A stretch of 53,220 nt of DNA from positions 760,987-814,206 of the forward strand of contig NMRA01000022.1 in NCBI GenBank assembly GCA_002633005.1, in the 5' to 3' direction. The position numbers were made by a program, and so were the translations under genes. The DNA is from Phoronis australis (lineage: Eukaryota; Animalia; Phoronida). Shown piece by piece: positions 37,537-51,154 of the stretch. The stretch's first letter is position 1. Each line of letters begins with the position of its first letter. The notes under the pieces were generated by a model. The model was not told the DNA's origin, did not search any database, and saw nothing but the letters and a program-made list of their open reading frames with translations.

Positions 37537-40500
37537 AGATATCTTGGCAAGAAATCAAGTGAATGAATATTTTGATGAAAGTTTTATGACTTTATTGTCC
37601 AATTTACAAGTTCTCATCAAAGACAAGTCATTGCTAACAATTAGGATAGGCACTGTGGCATCCAACAGGCAAAAACCCCCCACCTTGGCGCTGTTGCTAA
37701 AATTTGGAACACATCTTTCTATTGATATCCCCATGTCTTCAGTGACCCACATACAAAATGATGGTAGCAGGGAGCCTGCTTTATACATCAACCAAGTTGG
37801 CTGTTTAAAAACCACATTTTAATGGGAGTTGATGGTGAAAGATCTTTACGCAAATTCAAAAAACACTTGGATAAATACGAACTGCAATATCGACAACACA
37901 ATTTAAATGACATCCAAGCGGAACAATTTCGCTCGCCTATGAAAGGAAATTGCAAGAACCGAGAAGAAAAATGAAATTTTCAATACATATAGGTATGCAG
38001 AAGAAAATGTGAAAACACATACACTGAACCTGGCTAAACCTAAATTTGATGCGATATTTACTGTGGAGAAAAATCCAGATGTTCACCAAGAGGATTGGGG
38101 TGGGTAAAGGCATGGTACTGGAAAATGGAACAAATGGCATTTGACAGGGAACAAACCGGTACATTCCTTTTTAATTGGAAACCAGTGAGAAGCAATGCCT
38201 GAATGCTTGTAGCAGAGTTACAGTTTGTTTACAAACATGAACAAGTGGTAGCACAAAGTCAACTTTGCCTTGAAGTTGAAACAAACTGGACTTAATTTGT
38301 TTTGGAAGGCAATTTACACACTGAAGTGCCTTCACGGCTGGCTTACTGAGCAATTAAATGCTCAAGTTAAAAAGTCATGGCAGTGGATTTCGGATTTCAA
38401 CTCATATTTGTACTGTTGATTGAAATAGAGTGAAAATTAGAAGCACATGTTGGTGAATGTCAGTGATGATCCTTCAGGAAGTCTTGGAGCTTATTAACGC
38501 CAAAGTCACTGGTGGCTGTCTCAAAAACCGATTTAAGACCAGCAAGACCTAGACTGCACAGGCCTAAAGCAAAACACGTAAGAACGCGGGGGCAACCACT
38601 CTTTTGCAGCTGCTTTGTCCAATTTTACAAAGAGTATAAATACCTCGACAATTTTAAACCAAAATATCAAGACTGCTTGTTTGGCTCACTTCAGTTTCTT
38701 AGGCACGAATAAAAACAGGTGACAAAAATTAAATTAAAACTGCTTTGCACGGCTGCTGATTACAGCTCATTAGAATGTAGGAGCAATGTCAGTTATTACT
38801 ATTTTGCCAGGCAGTAATAGAGGTCAGATCTTGAGTCAATTCCAAATTTAATGAGCACTAACAGCCGTTCCATGGCAGGCTGATGCCATACTCCGATTCA
38901 TTAAATGTTCGCATCTCAAAGTGAATCACTAAATTGTGAAATGTTTACTGTTACAGCAAAAATTATTCAACGTAGGACGATAATAAATTTTAAAATTTTA
39001 AAATTTGACTTTTCCCTAGTTTTCAAATGCTTTAACTATAGCACTGCTTGGTGACAGCTATACCGAACAAATGATAGTAGAAAGCGAAGAAAATTTTCTT
39101 ATTTTATCGTGTATCAAGCAGAAGAAGCTTAATAACGGTATCCACATATCAAAAACTGCGATTGTACACAACCATTTGTAATGGAACATTGACTAAGATA
39201 AAAACTTGCTTGAAACGTTAGAAAAAAATGTTTGAAATGATCGGATAATTCTAACAGAAAATGAAACTATCTTTTATCTGTTCCCGACATGCTTCAAATA
39301 ACAATATTGGAGATTACAAAAATCTGATTATAGATAGTATCAATCAATCAAATTTTATCTTTGTTTCTTCTTATTTCATACTACTGTTTACTATATACTG
39401 AACTGTTTTTATAAAACACTGCGTAACAAATCTTCATGCAAAATTTTTAAATATAACAAGCTACCTGGCTATCACTAGCATAGGGTATTAAACTCCTGTG
39501 AAACAAAAGTGCGCTAAATCAACCAATTATACATTTGAATTAAACGGCCACTGCGTGTTCCCTTGAGGTTCCCAACCTTTTATCTGCATAAAGGTTTATC
39601 AATTGGAAACTGCCGGGTTACAACGGTTCTTGGAAGATGTTCAAATCTTCCTCAGCTTGATATTACAGAAGCCTAGTCCATGGCTATCTTTTTGAAAGGG
39701 AGTACTCTTTTCATCTCTGTCTCTGGCACATTTTACAGGGCACTAGTCTATAAACAGCAGGACTCACAAGAATCTTTGAAAGGTTATCAAAAGACGGCAG
39801 AAATAGTTTGAGGATTTGAAACTAGAAGCCCAGGGGGCCTGACCCAAAAACCCTAACAGTCTCCATGAACTGCATAAAAACTATCCAGTCAACATAAAAA
39901 CCCGAAAAATTGAAACCTTTCATGCAAATTTTTTGAAAGAGGAAAAAAGTGTCCAATAGTACCAAAAATGTCTTAACAAATGTGGTGCCTGTAGTGGTAT
40001 TTCTAAGAAGGATCTGATTCACGAGTTTTTCCTTGAACATGTGTATCACAATTTTGGAACCAGCCAACACTCCGGGTCAATTGCTGCTATTTTACTTTTA
40101 AGTACACCCCATTAGTTCTTAATACAAAACACAGAAATTTAACATTGCAATCCTGCCAATACTTTTTTAACAACCTGAATATCAACAAAGTTTCACAACA
40201 AAAAATCACACAAAGGCCTGTGCGAACTGGTAAGCTTTTGATAAACAATGCTTCAATACATAGTAAGCTGATGTCATGTACCATAAAAGACTAGTTTCAC
40301 TCTGACATTGGATAAGCAATTAATGCCGCATTTCATCACATTTAGGTGCAAAAAAACAGGGCTTTTACTCTCATGAAATCGGTCTCGTAATTTTCATTAC
40401 CGTGATAGCATTCTATTTTAGTTACAGCAAGAATCAACTGAAGAAAATGCTTAAGGCCAGATTTATTGCAGTTGTCTAACCCTAAAATTGCAAATTTGGA

Positions 40501-40819
40501 AAACGGCTCATACACGCCTTGCCTGTCACTTGAATAGCTGGCTCATTCACCAACAATTTAAGATTGAATGAACATGATAATACTTATAAACGCCAAAACA
40601 CTTCGGATTTCATAATTCAACATCGACAGCTGAACAGCATCAAAATGTCCCTTTAAATTTACAAATGTTTGAAAAAATAATTTAATTAAATTAAACAGCA
40701 ACACAGTCATAAAAATCATTCAGAGTGCAATTTAGGAAAACGGCAAAACAATATAAAAGGAAAATTTCAAATTGTTACTGAAGTCGTTGAGGACATGACA
40801 CAGAGAATGATAAATCTTC

Positions 40820-41500
40820 ATACATGACGAATAAATTTCGAAGCATCATTTAGTAGCCTACGACTCGTTTGGACATCAACAATATTATTAAAACGCGTAT
40901 CGAAACCTCGCAATGTGTTTTCCGTCTCTGTCCGTGCCAGTTTCTCCCATACATCCAAGAGGAATGATCCATAAATGTACTCCACAATAAACAACTTGGC
41001 TGCCTGTGTCCACGCCGTTTGCCGCTGTTGGTCTTGGCTCGGGACGTTCAACCGTGAACTTCGACTTCACGGACCAATAAAGTTCACAAATTTCAGTAAA
41101 TACTTTTCAAAGGTTTACAACTTTATCTTGATACAATACTCGAATGATCCATGACACAAACATCTAAATTAGATACCTTGTTTTTACACAAAGCGCTAAA
41201 ATACTAGACACCTACCTTAGAAACGTAACGTCCTAAGCTCAATGACTTGTTTTTACTGCTAGACCACGTGACTAAGCACAGGCAAGAGAAATTACGCGTT
41301 AGGACACGCCATGAATTTCTACACAGTCATGAACACAAAAATAACGTTTTAGTTTTATTCATTACCAAAGTTCAGTTTCATTGCTTTTATTTTTTAGTTT
41401 TTGGTGATAGATTTCGATTTTAGCTACTTGGCAGGAAAATCTATTGCCTGTGATTAATCGCGCGGCAACTTAGCCCTTCACCCTGACGATCGAACAGCAA
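40820..41500 (-). promoter_or_regulatory. Probable FGFR promoter and non-coding first exon (boundaries approximate)
   Basis: The signal-peptide exon has a splice acceptor, so an upstream exon is needed. CpGs rise visibly at ~40.8 kb after ~40 kb of CpG-poor sequence. Candidate minus-strand donors are CAT|gtatga (~40823) and AAG|gtaggt (~41215). There is a CCAAT at 41074 and a CACGTG at ~41265. Confidence 0.4.
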
Positions 41501-43262
41501 ATAGCCTAACCAGCTTCTTTTTGTTAAAAAATTCAGATCACTGCATACTTTTTGCAGCTCGGTGATTTTATTTTTGCTTCTTTGTATAGTTTCAGAAATG
41601 CGAACACGTATTTTAATCGATTACTCAAAAATATTTTTGTCCAGTGTTAATAACAATCCCGATCAAACATGAAAAATAAAATAACACGAACTAAATAAAG
41701 AAGGTAAACGTTCAATGGAAAATTTAGAAACAGCATGGTTTCTCAGTTTCAAAAGTTTTCAAGCAGGACTATTTTGTCAAAATGTTAGAAAACGTGTTGC
41801 GCCGGATAACTGTGTTCACGCGGTGTTTAAAATGGAAAATAAATATTCACGGAAAAAGAATGCACTCGATTCGGAAACGGATGCTATCTTACATGACGTA
41901 ATATCATCAAACTACGATCGCACTGGTTGACCAGTTTTGATAATCAACAAAATATGAGTGATATCTTTGATGAAAAATTTAGTGTGAAATATGCACCCAA
42001 TATGGTTTGGTCGCGCGGGGCATTGGTTTTCGTGCTTAAGTGTATTTACTTTAGGAGAGAGTGAAAAGTTTGCTCTGGGCTAGCTCACGTCTTATGAAAG
42101 GAAAGCATTGTCATTTGGACATCTTGTCTGCAAACTGAGCCGTTAGCCTTTTGTCGGCTGATAATCGTGTGTGAAGGAACTTCGCGAATGGGGAATAATA
42201 CCAAATGATTTGAATGTTAAACGTGTTTGCTTTTACAGCGGAGATTGTCATTAGTCATAATATTTATTTTTTAGCCTCGGAAATTAATTCCCATTTCTTT
42301 AGTTATGACTTGTTTGAATGTCTGTGCTTTCCTGGAAATGGTGAATTTCAAGTATTTATCACTGCGGCCTAATGCAAGAGAAATTTTACCGAATCATTCT
42401 TTGCAAAGCGACTATAAAGTCGCATTCCATCGAAGAAATTAACTTTTGATCTAGACCACGTGTCGCTATAAAATTGATATCAATTTGTTCCTTACTTAGA
42501 TGGTAAGTGATTTCTGGTCTTAGCAGAGAAGTGATAGATCATTATTACACGATACCATACTCGCTAATAAAATGACACGCCGTGACAAACCATTGCTTAA
42601 AATCAGAATATTGACCAACAAGGCAAACATTGAGACCGATTTCATGACGGTAATGGTCTAATTCGGAAATTGTCATTGTGACTGAAGACAGGTTTACAGC
42701 CGATTTAAACATAAAATCAGATTAAATTTGTAATTAGAAATACACTGGTAGAAATATAGTTACAATATTAAACTACCTCTGTTTGAATGTCATTGCTTCT
42801 CAAAGTAACCAAATCATTACTATTTACTATGAAATTCAAACAAGTGAAATCATGAACGTCCTCGGTGAAACGCAAACGTCGACAAAAATTAACCATTTGT
42901 TCCACAAAATGAAGTGCGTTTACTTACGAGCACCAGTTACAACTAACATTGATTTTCTAATTGTAGTAAAAATCGTACTGAACTCTTCGAAACCATTGCG
43001 TCTAAATGATGATGAATAAAAACGTCACTGCGCCTGCCCAACAATTAAATAAATGTAGCTAGTGTTTGATTTTAAGTCTTGATTTATTGCATCCAAACAT
43101 GAATTTTTGTGAGGATTTGTCAATATTAGTCTACGGACACAAAAATAGCAGGTCAAAACCATATCACCAGCGCCCGTGAACATCTGAAAGTCGACTGGCT
43201 GGTGACATGGTTTCCCTTGGGGTACGCGACTATTTTTTCCGAGTAGTGGAGTTGCAATTAGG

Positions 43263-43494
43263 CAGAGGCGGATCTACAGGGGGGGTTCAGGGGGTTTAAC
43301 TCCCCCGGGACAGGATCAAAAATAAAAACTGGAAAAAAAATCACCAGAAAAACGAAATTAGCTACTAAAAATCCCAAAAAATCTTACACGGGAGGAGGGA
43401 AACCCTCTCGTAACCTTCCTGCTCCTCGGCGCTACGCGCCTCGGATTCTCTCGAATCCTAAACCCCCCTTACTGAAATCGTATATCTGCCACTG
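43263..43494. mobile_element. MITE-like non-autonomous DNA transposon with 5-bp TSD
   Basis: Imperfect 15-bp TIRs CAGAGGCGGATCTAC and GTATATCTGCCACTG, internal G/C runs, flanked by TTAGG on both sides (43258-43262 and 43495-43499). Confidence 0.75.
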
Positions 43495-44566
43495 TTAGGA
43501 TACCCATCCTGTTAATGAGAGGACAGAAAAATGAATTCTATTGAGAGAACTCTCATAAAAATCTCCCTTTCGTAAAGCTTTGCTCCCGGGACAGAAACAT
43601 TTCGAGAAATTCCGTCGTAAAAGGCATTCGTTCGCAGCCGTGAGTAATGTACCCTGAAAGGGACGTCGCCTGGGCACCTCTTGTATACAGGAGTTAGTCG
43701 CACATAGTAGCCATTTGCTAGAGCTAAACCTTGGTCGCCCGTCTCATCAATGCTTCTCGAACAACTGCGAAAGCTCTGCAAATCTACAGTGCATTTAGGC
43801 CTAGACCATTAAGTCACAACAAAACTTGAGCAAAAAACGGGAAAGCCAGTGACGTAACAAGGGCTAGATGTATCAAATGTGGACAGCGGAAAGGGGTTGC
43901 GCGAATTTGGTGGCGACCGAAAACATGGGTGGGGGTCATGTATGGCGCAAAATCGATGGCAACTTGGACCAGGGAGGAAAATTTGGTGGCGTTTGAAATT
44001 AGTGGCGTTTGGGGGAGGTGAGGTGGAGCAAAATCTGTGGCGACCGAGGGGCGAACATTTTTACGACCTGGGATGGCAATGTGGCAACTGAATGCACGTG
44101 TCATTACACCCAACTACGCTACCAGTGAAAGGACAGTGATTCAGCGCAAGTCCTTACGTAAAATATTGATTATGATGTTAAACACGCTCGAGTCCGTTTG
44201 CGTATCAAGACGTTTGACACATCACCAAGGTTCAAGATTATGTTTATTACGTAATCACGGACAGTCTTAATTTACTCAACACTTGCAAAACAGTGGCGTT
44301 TTTATCTATGCCTGATTTAATTTAATAATCATTTTCAAAGATATGATCAATTTTATTAAACGTTAGTTTCGCCCCATGCTACTTGCCGTCACACGCCGAC
44401 AACTGTGCCTTCCGGACAACTCTGCTCACAATTTGATGTGATCAAGCTCACTGACTTCAGTTTTGACAAAAAGTCCAATATCTACTCACACCAACTTAGC
44501 GTTACTTTTACGACAGCGTTTAGCATAGACAGTTCTTCGCCATTTTGCCATTAGCTTCCCCAAATG

Positions 44567-44649
44567 CATTGGCGGATCTAGAATACCATAAGGGGGGGGG
44601 GGGCAACACGTTGTCTCGNGCTCCTGCCGCACCCCTAAATTCGCCTATG
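44567..44649. mobile_element. Short MITE-like element of the same terminal type (contains an N at 44619)
   Basis: Termini CATTGGCGGATCTAG and CTAAATTCGCCTATG with a poly-G interior. The flanks cccaaatg and cccaatta match only partly. Confidence 0.6.
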
Positions 44650-46394
44650 CCCAATTATACGAGTTTCTTCACTCGAAAAATATTAATCATACTAACCAAC
44701 ATGTCATTTCTGACAATGCCATATCAAGGAATGAATAGATATACAAAATCTAAACTACACGTAACATTTTGGTCTCTACTAAATTCGTGTTTTAGAACTT
44801 GTTAGGATATTATTAGTGTCCAGGTACACTGTAAGAATTTTGTTGAAAACAGTTGAAACCGGCTAAAGAATTATTACTATATACATTAATGATATTATGC
44901 ACAGTCACACATCTAAAACCAAAGTTCCGTCGAAAAACTCCCTTTTAAGTTAGATCACTCATTGTTATGAATTTGGACTCGACTTGTTCCGTACTCAGTT
45001 GAGAAATTATTTTTTTATCTTGTAAAGAACTGATAATTTGTTATTGCTGACGACCATTCTCGGCCAACAAAACGACAATTCGATGTGTATAGCCTGCCTA
45101 GCAAGTGCTCTCAAGCAATAACTCACAATCAGTTCTTTCCAAGCACCCAAATCGCATCTGTTTCAACTAATGTACAATTTGAGACCAATTTCATAACGGT
45201 AAGTGGCCTAAATCAAACACTATTTTTGTGACGCAAGTAGAGTTTATCAGCCTGCAACGACCATGATAAAAAACGTGCAGGTGACAAAACTAATTTGGTT
45301 TCACTTGTTTGAAATTTTGTTTACTTTGTTACCATCACCGATATTTAATATCGATCAGAAAAGGAACGAACAATAGTGGAACAATTTGCCATCCTGAGGT
45401 TTTCTCTCTTGTTTTCATTCTACATCCGCCGAGTTCAAAACTCGCCCCGTTAGATATTTGCGCGTAGCAACAGCTTGAACGGGCGAAATCTGAGTATTTA
45501 TCACTTGGCAAAATTGACTGCAATATATTACGCATGTGCCTGTTATCGACGTTAAGTATAGCCGCCAAAACTGGAAGAGATACGCGTCGATATATTTATG
45601 GCGCGAAATGATATGACCAATAACGACGTGAACGAGTGAAAACAGGCGCGGGAACCCTGGGGTGCTAACTTACGTTCCTCCCTTAACCAACATCTACGCT
45701 GACCTCGGTCGTTCATTTGAACACTGCATAAGAAGATTAATTAAAACGAGACACTAAACCGCGAATTGAAGGCAAAATGGGTATAAAACTTTTGGCTGAG
45801 AATCAATAGGCCTTTTCTAGTCCGCGGCCAAGCTCAGCTGATTTACCCCACCAGCGGTCATCGCCAACAACCTACCTTAGATGGAGAATCTAAGTTCTTA
45901 ATCTATAATGTTATACTATCGTAATAATGACTTTTAAAAGAAATTTCGACCTTGTTATATTTGTGACGTAGCATGCAGCCCAAAACTGGACCTTGTATGT
46001 TCAAAAACCATCCGGCAACGGTTGACGGCACGCTCCCGGCCTCTGGGTTCTGGGGCAGAATTAGGCTAACGAATCCGGGAAAAAGTCAAACGACTTGACT
46101 AATTTCGATTTGTAACGAAGAAAATGATACGATATGAAATTCATAATATGAAGTTATAGAAAGCCCAACTGTACGAAGTTGCCTGTACTATATGGGATAA
46201 GCTTGTTTCAGACGCGTCGTGCGTAAGGAAATATCATCATGAAAAACTGCCACTATAAAACGGGCATTAATTACTAAACGGATTCGCCACATGCTTACCT
46301 TCGGTAAATTTTCGTGGAATCATTAATTTCAATTTCAGACGCATAAGGATACGAGACTACGATGCTGTTTTACTACGCGGTTAGCGTGAAGTTG

Positions 46395-46411
46395 AGTGTG
46401 TGTGTGTGTGT
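46395..46411. repeat. (GT)n microsatellite
   Basis: gtgtgtgtgtgtgtgt read directly. Confidence 0.85.
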
Positions 46412-48349
46412 AAATCACTGGAGTTAAGGAATGCTTGACGACCGGACATAACAGAGCATTCAAGATTGTACTAGGAAAGAAATTTTATCAATTAATGTGC
46501 GTTTAATACTGTAGTTTCTTCCTTTTAAACGTCTTAATAATAAACTGACGTGACATCGAACAACTCGTACACCAACAAGGATGTCTCACACCCGATAATT
46601 GTCATGCTTGGTCCGAACGATCAGAATTTGCGAGAGAGTCCATCTAGCTATGATCACAAGCACGCCGGTACGAGCTAACAGTTCTTGGAAATTCCTCACT
46701 ATCAAATAACAATGAATAAGTGTAGCAATATGAAAAAACATGCCGCAAAATACTTCAAAATACTATAGCACTTTGATAGTATGCCGCGATCCCCATTCCC
46801 TGAATACCATGGTCTTACTCATTGAGTCGGGTTCGCCAAGGAACAAATTATAGTTTTAATCTGTTGAAAATATGAAATAAAACTTGCTCATCAAAATCAA
46901 GTTGTTCACTGTTTGAGACATGTGCACGGAAAACGACTCGTGTCAACACTAACCTGTGGAGAAAGCAAAAATGATTTTATGTCTTGCTTGTGAACAGCTC
47001 GGTTATGACGAGACCCAGCAACCTTCAAGTTTTTTAGAAACCCGTGAACACAACAAAAATTACATTTTTCAAAAATATAACAGAAACGTGTGATCGAATC
47101 TTTGCTCGGATATTTCTGCTCATAGGTTCAGATTGTTTCGTCTTCGACGAGGCAGAAAACATTCATTTTGTGGGTTGAAAACAAAAAAGAATTATCTGAT
47201 GAAACGTAAATCATCGCGGAAGGTTGACAATATTATATTAAAAGATAAAGTCTGGGTTTCATTCATAGATTAACGCATTGACGCAAAAGACAAAAATATG
47301 ACTTCAACGTGTACCATTTGTGATTCTACCAAAGTCCCGTGTTTTGTACTTCTCAATCAAGTCCATAAACTTAAGACGTAAGAAGATTAACGAGTTAGCA
47401 TGGGGTGATCGTGAGGGCGCACATCCTTAATTATCAAACCGCCATGTCATAACTATCCTCGTTATTTGTGAGTGGGTTAACTGACTGCAACCAATTAGCG
47501 CTACGTTACTGCAACTCTAACCGGCAGAGGGCGACAAATGACATGTACTACGACAGGCATAGGAGCAGCGACGTAAAAGTAGCGACGTACGTCGACGGAT
47601 GAAAGTAACAATCAACAGAACGGCAAATTCTGATGGCAGGCCATCCTTCTAGTCATCCGCTGCTGCATTTCCAAAACCCCTTGATGTTTGTTCATGAAAT
47701 TTCGTAGACACGTGGCAATTTCATTATTTTTTTTCATGTCGCAAGCTTCTATATCCCCCAATTTCTTGACGGATTCTCATGAAATATTTAACAAACATAG
47801 GTTACCCGTGACCGGCAGAGTGCACCCCCAATGGCCATATGGTTTTCGTTTCATTTAAATTGCATGTTTTGTCGTCCGTTTATGTGCTAACTGCCAACCC
47901 GTTCCAAACTGATGTCGATTTTAGGAAGTTTCGAAGTGCCCCCTAAGGGTAAAAGTGGCGTTTTTTTATTTTTTTCTTAGCCTGTGCCTCAATATCCTCT
48001 GACACAGCGCCACCTATACTGTGTAGCACTGTGATAGAGTGTAGTGCCTCAATATCTAGAGTTCCTTCACGGAACTTAGTTGACGTCGATTTTGGGATAA
48101 GTCTATGCTGTCGCATCTCCAAGTGGCAATTCAGGTTTTCTTTGCGTATGACTCTCTCTATATATAATCTATCAAGTTCACTGATAAGTATTTATGAAAA
48201 TAGGCAAGCACGTTTCTATCTAGCCTCTAGGGAAGCAACCGTCGCCACTCAGTCTGGTTTCAGCGGCATTTGTCTTATGCTGCACCCCAGTTGACATTTT
48301 ATATACGCAATACAAGATACTGATAAACACCTTTTACTGAAAGCATACC

Positions 48350-48411
48350 CAGGAGTGGATCCAGGATGTTTTAAAGGGGGGGGGGGGGGGNTTCCCCTTG
48401 ACTCCTCTATG
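48350..48411. mobile_element. Short MITE-like element with 5-bp TSD (contains an N at 48391)
   Basis: CAGGAGTGGATCCAG...poly-G...CTTGACTCCTCTATG, flanked by ATACC on both sides (48345-48349 and 48412-48416). Confidence 0.6.
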
Positions 48412-50560
48412 ATACCGTTTGTGCTGCTGCATGGGACCATTGCAATGTTTTGCACAGTTGAACTACTTTTAGTTTACCATTGAATGCGTCATCAACAACA
48501 AGAGCCATCGCAACCACCGGCAATTTGAGAATGTATTCTAAGTGAATACATGGGGCAAAGTTTGTAAATGATTCACAATTGCTGACTTATTTTGGTCAAA
48601 AGTAACTGCCAAAATGATCATTTTTCGATTTTCTAAAGGCTGATTGAAATATTACAGATGATGAAAAATGCTTCTAATAGTTGTCTTGTCTCAGTTATAC
48701 AAGACAGGCTATGTTGTTAGTTAAACATAACTTTCGTAAAGCTCATTTTTTGACAAAATGTGACCAAATTCACTTCCATATGTTGGCCATATTTTGTGCT
48801 AAACAGGTGAAGAATTGCCGCCTATGTTCCGAGGACACAAACATCTAACACAATCTGTGGTGTAAAAACTATTAAACAACAAAGAAGGTTACATTAGTCC
48901 AAGATGTGGGCCTGCAGTAATCTGAACAAGAAGAGCACTGAAACCCCAGTCTCAACGAATTTTTTAATGCAGCCCCTGAACCTGTCACCTCTGTATGAAC
49001 TTGGTAAAACAAGTACATGCTTTTGACGAAACTATAAATTAAAAAAAGTTACCTTTGCACAACTAATAAATATAAATTATTTGAAAGTTGACAAAAGGAT
49101 CGTTATTTCATTAGTAAATACAGCATATCTATTGCTAAAAAACGAGTGCACCTTGACAACGAACAGTGGAAAATAATCAAGAGCGTCGGTTGAGGGAAAC
49201 GAAGATTGTTTTAAGAATGGTATATGATATTGTACCTCAAGAAACAGTGTGATTGCACTGCAGATATCAATGACAAAGGTAAAAAATTCTCATAGCAAAA
49301 GTTTTGTTCTGAGACATTATTTCTCACTGCTGTGCCTCACAACAACAACACAGAACATTAATGTCAAAAACATCCCATTGAGTATTGCAGATTACACGTT
49401 TTCAGCCAACTGAAACGTTTTCTGCATGTTCAGCCCAGCAACTGAAAGACTTGACTTTCTAAGAATTCTATTAAACCTAACATTGTGGTTGCTTGTCGCC
49501 AACCCAATGGTAGCAAACACTATGTACACTAAATTACACTTAACAGGTAACAAGACTTAAATTGGCAATAAGCCTGAGCTGCATTGAAGAAACTAAAGTT
49601 TAGATCACTTACCACTTTAAGAAAGTGGAGATAACCATTTTTGAAGTTACCTTTAGTAAAAATGTAGAGACATTTTCCAGTGTTAATTACTGCTACCCTG
49701 GTGAGTATGTACAATCCATGGAACTATTGAAAGTATTGCATATGGTCCAACAAGGAGGGGCATCTCACATCTGCATTTGCTTCCATCGAGGAAACACAAA
49801 TGACCTCTACTAACTGTGTGGGAATAGAATGTAAGGATTCAACAGAAGTGAATGCATAAAACAAGATGTGGGCCCATTTACGACGATTTTTAAATACACA
49901 CCAGCAAAACAGCAAGATACACGAAAATTGTATTTCCAAGATAACCAGCAATCTATATTTTTACTTAAAGTAACATCAAAATGGTTGCTTTCCCCTTTAA
50001 AATTGGTGTCAACTCGCTCTTTATTCAGATGAGAAGTAATTTTTAGTCTTGCAATGAACTGTAAGTTTGTTATAACTTCTAAAAGACCATACTCAGTGCA
50101 TAAAATGTCACGCCGTGACAAATCAACTGGACACCGTGACAAATCCTATTGTAGAACCTGCTTTCAAGCAATAATCAACTGTCACTTCTTTCTAAGTCCA
50201 GAAATCATACTTATTTCGACTAACAAACCATTGGGAACCAAAAATAGCTTTTGCGACACAAGGTGGGTTTATGGCTGTTATTTCTGTACATCACAAGTGT
50301 GCACCAAACCAATCGCAGCAAGAGCTAATGACTCGCACTTAACCTAACTCATAACCTGCAGTCTGTTCTTTGAAAAGTGACTTAAGTCAGAAATTTAGTC
50401 ATATGGTCCACACAACTATTTCTCAAAAATAACTAAACCTCACTTGAGCAAAGACTGCTAAGTCTCTGGAAATACAGGCATAACGTCTAGTTACTGAAAA
50501 AAATTCTATAAACAATTTGTAGACTAGACTGTGATGCACTCATAATTAGTTTAGTAGATC

Positions 50561-50566
50561 TTTATT
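50561..50566 (-). terminator. Candidate XRCC3 polyadenylation signal AATAAA
   Basis: First minus-strand AATAAA I found downstream of the stop, ~590 nt away; another lies at 50020-50025. Confidence 0.4.
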
Positions 50567-51154
50567 CAACAATTGTGAAGACCAAAATTCATGAAAAGAT
50601 TGCAGGATGAGTTCTGTTGACATGAGACGCTAAAAAATTGAAGCTAGTGTGATCAAGTGCTAAACTTGTAATGCACATCAATATCTTGATAATCTTGCCT
50701 TTTTGCAAATCTTTTGCCAGCTTGCAACTGAAAGCATGACTGCCGTGGCGATTCCTAAAATCGCGTACACCTTTACACAGTACACAGGAGGGGATTCTCT
50801 TGCAACAGGGCGGGATAGGTCTCAGCTCAAGCAGATAAATTTTGTTTTTGTTTGCAGGTAAAACATTCTTCAGCTAATTTCATTGATTGATACAGTTGTT
50901 TTCAAGAATTGTGCATGGGAGAGTGGGGGTTTTTAGGGCAACAAGCCCTCCCTAATCTAAAAACACTACTCCCCCTGCTTAACAACCATGATACTATTGG
51001 TGTTGACTTGAGTAAGTTCTCTGTAATTTGCTATCTACTTGAATATCCATGTTTTCTACTGCTAGTGCTAAGGTTTGCGTTGGACTGGCCATCAACTTCT
51101 TGGAGGCACAGTTTGTTTCTATGAGCACCATAGATCCTCTGGGTACATTGTGTC

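Noticed and set aside
41052-41072. Hairpin CCGTGAA-cttcgac-TTCACGG
   Set aside because: A 7-bp stem is too short to support a miRNA or other structured RNA.
12890-50347. Remaining 60-120-aa ORFs in the track, and transposase or reverse transcriptase remnants
   Set aside because: There are no recognisable motifs, many start at non-ATG codons, and the lengths are what random intronic DNA produces.
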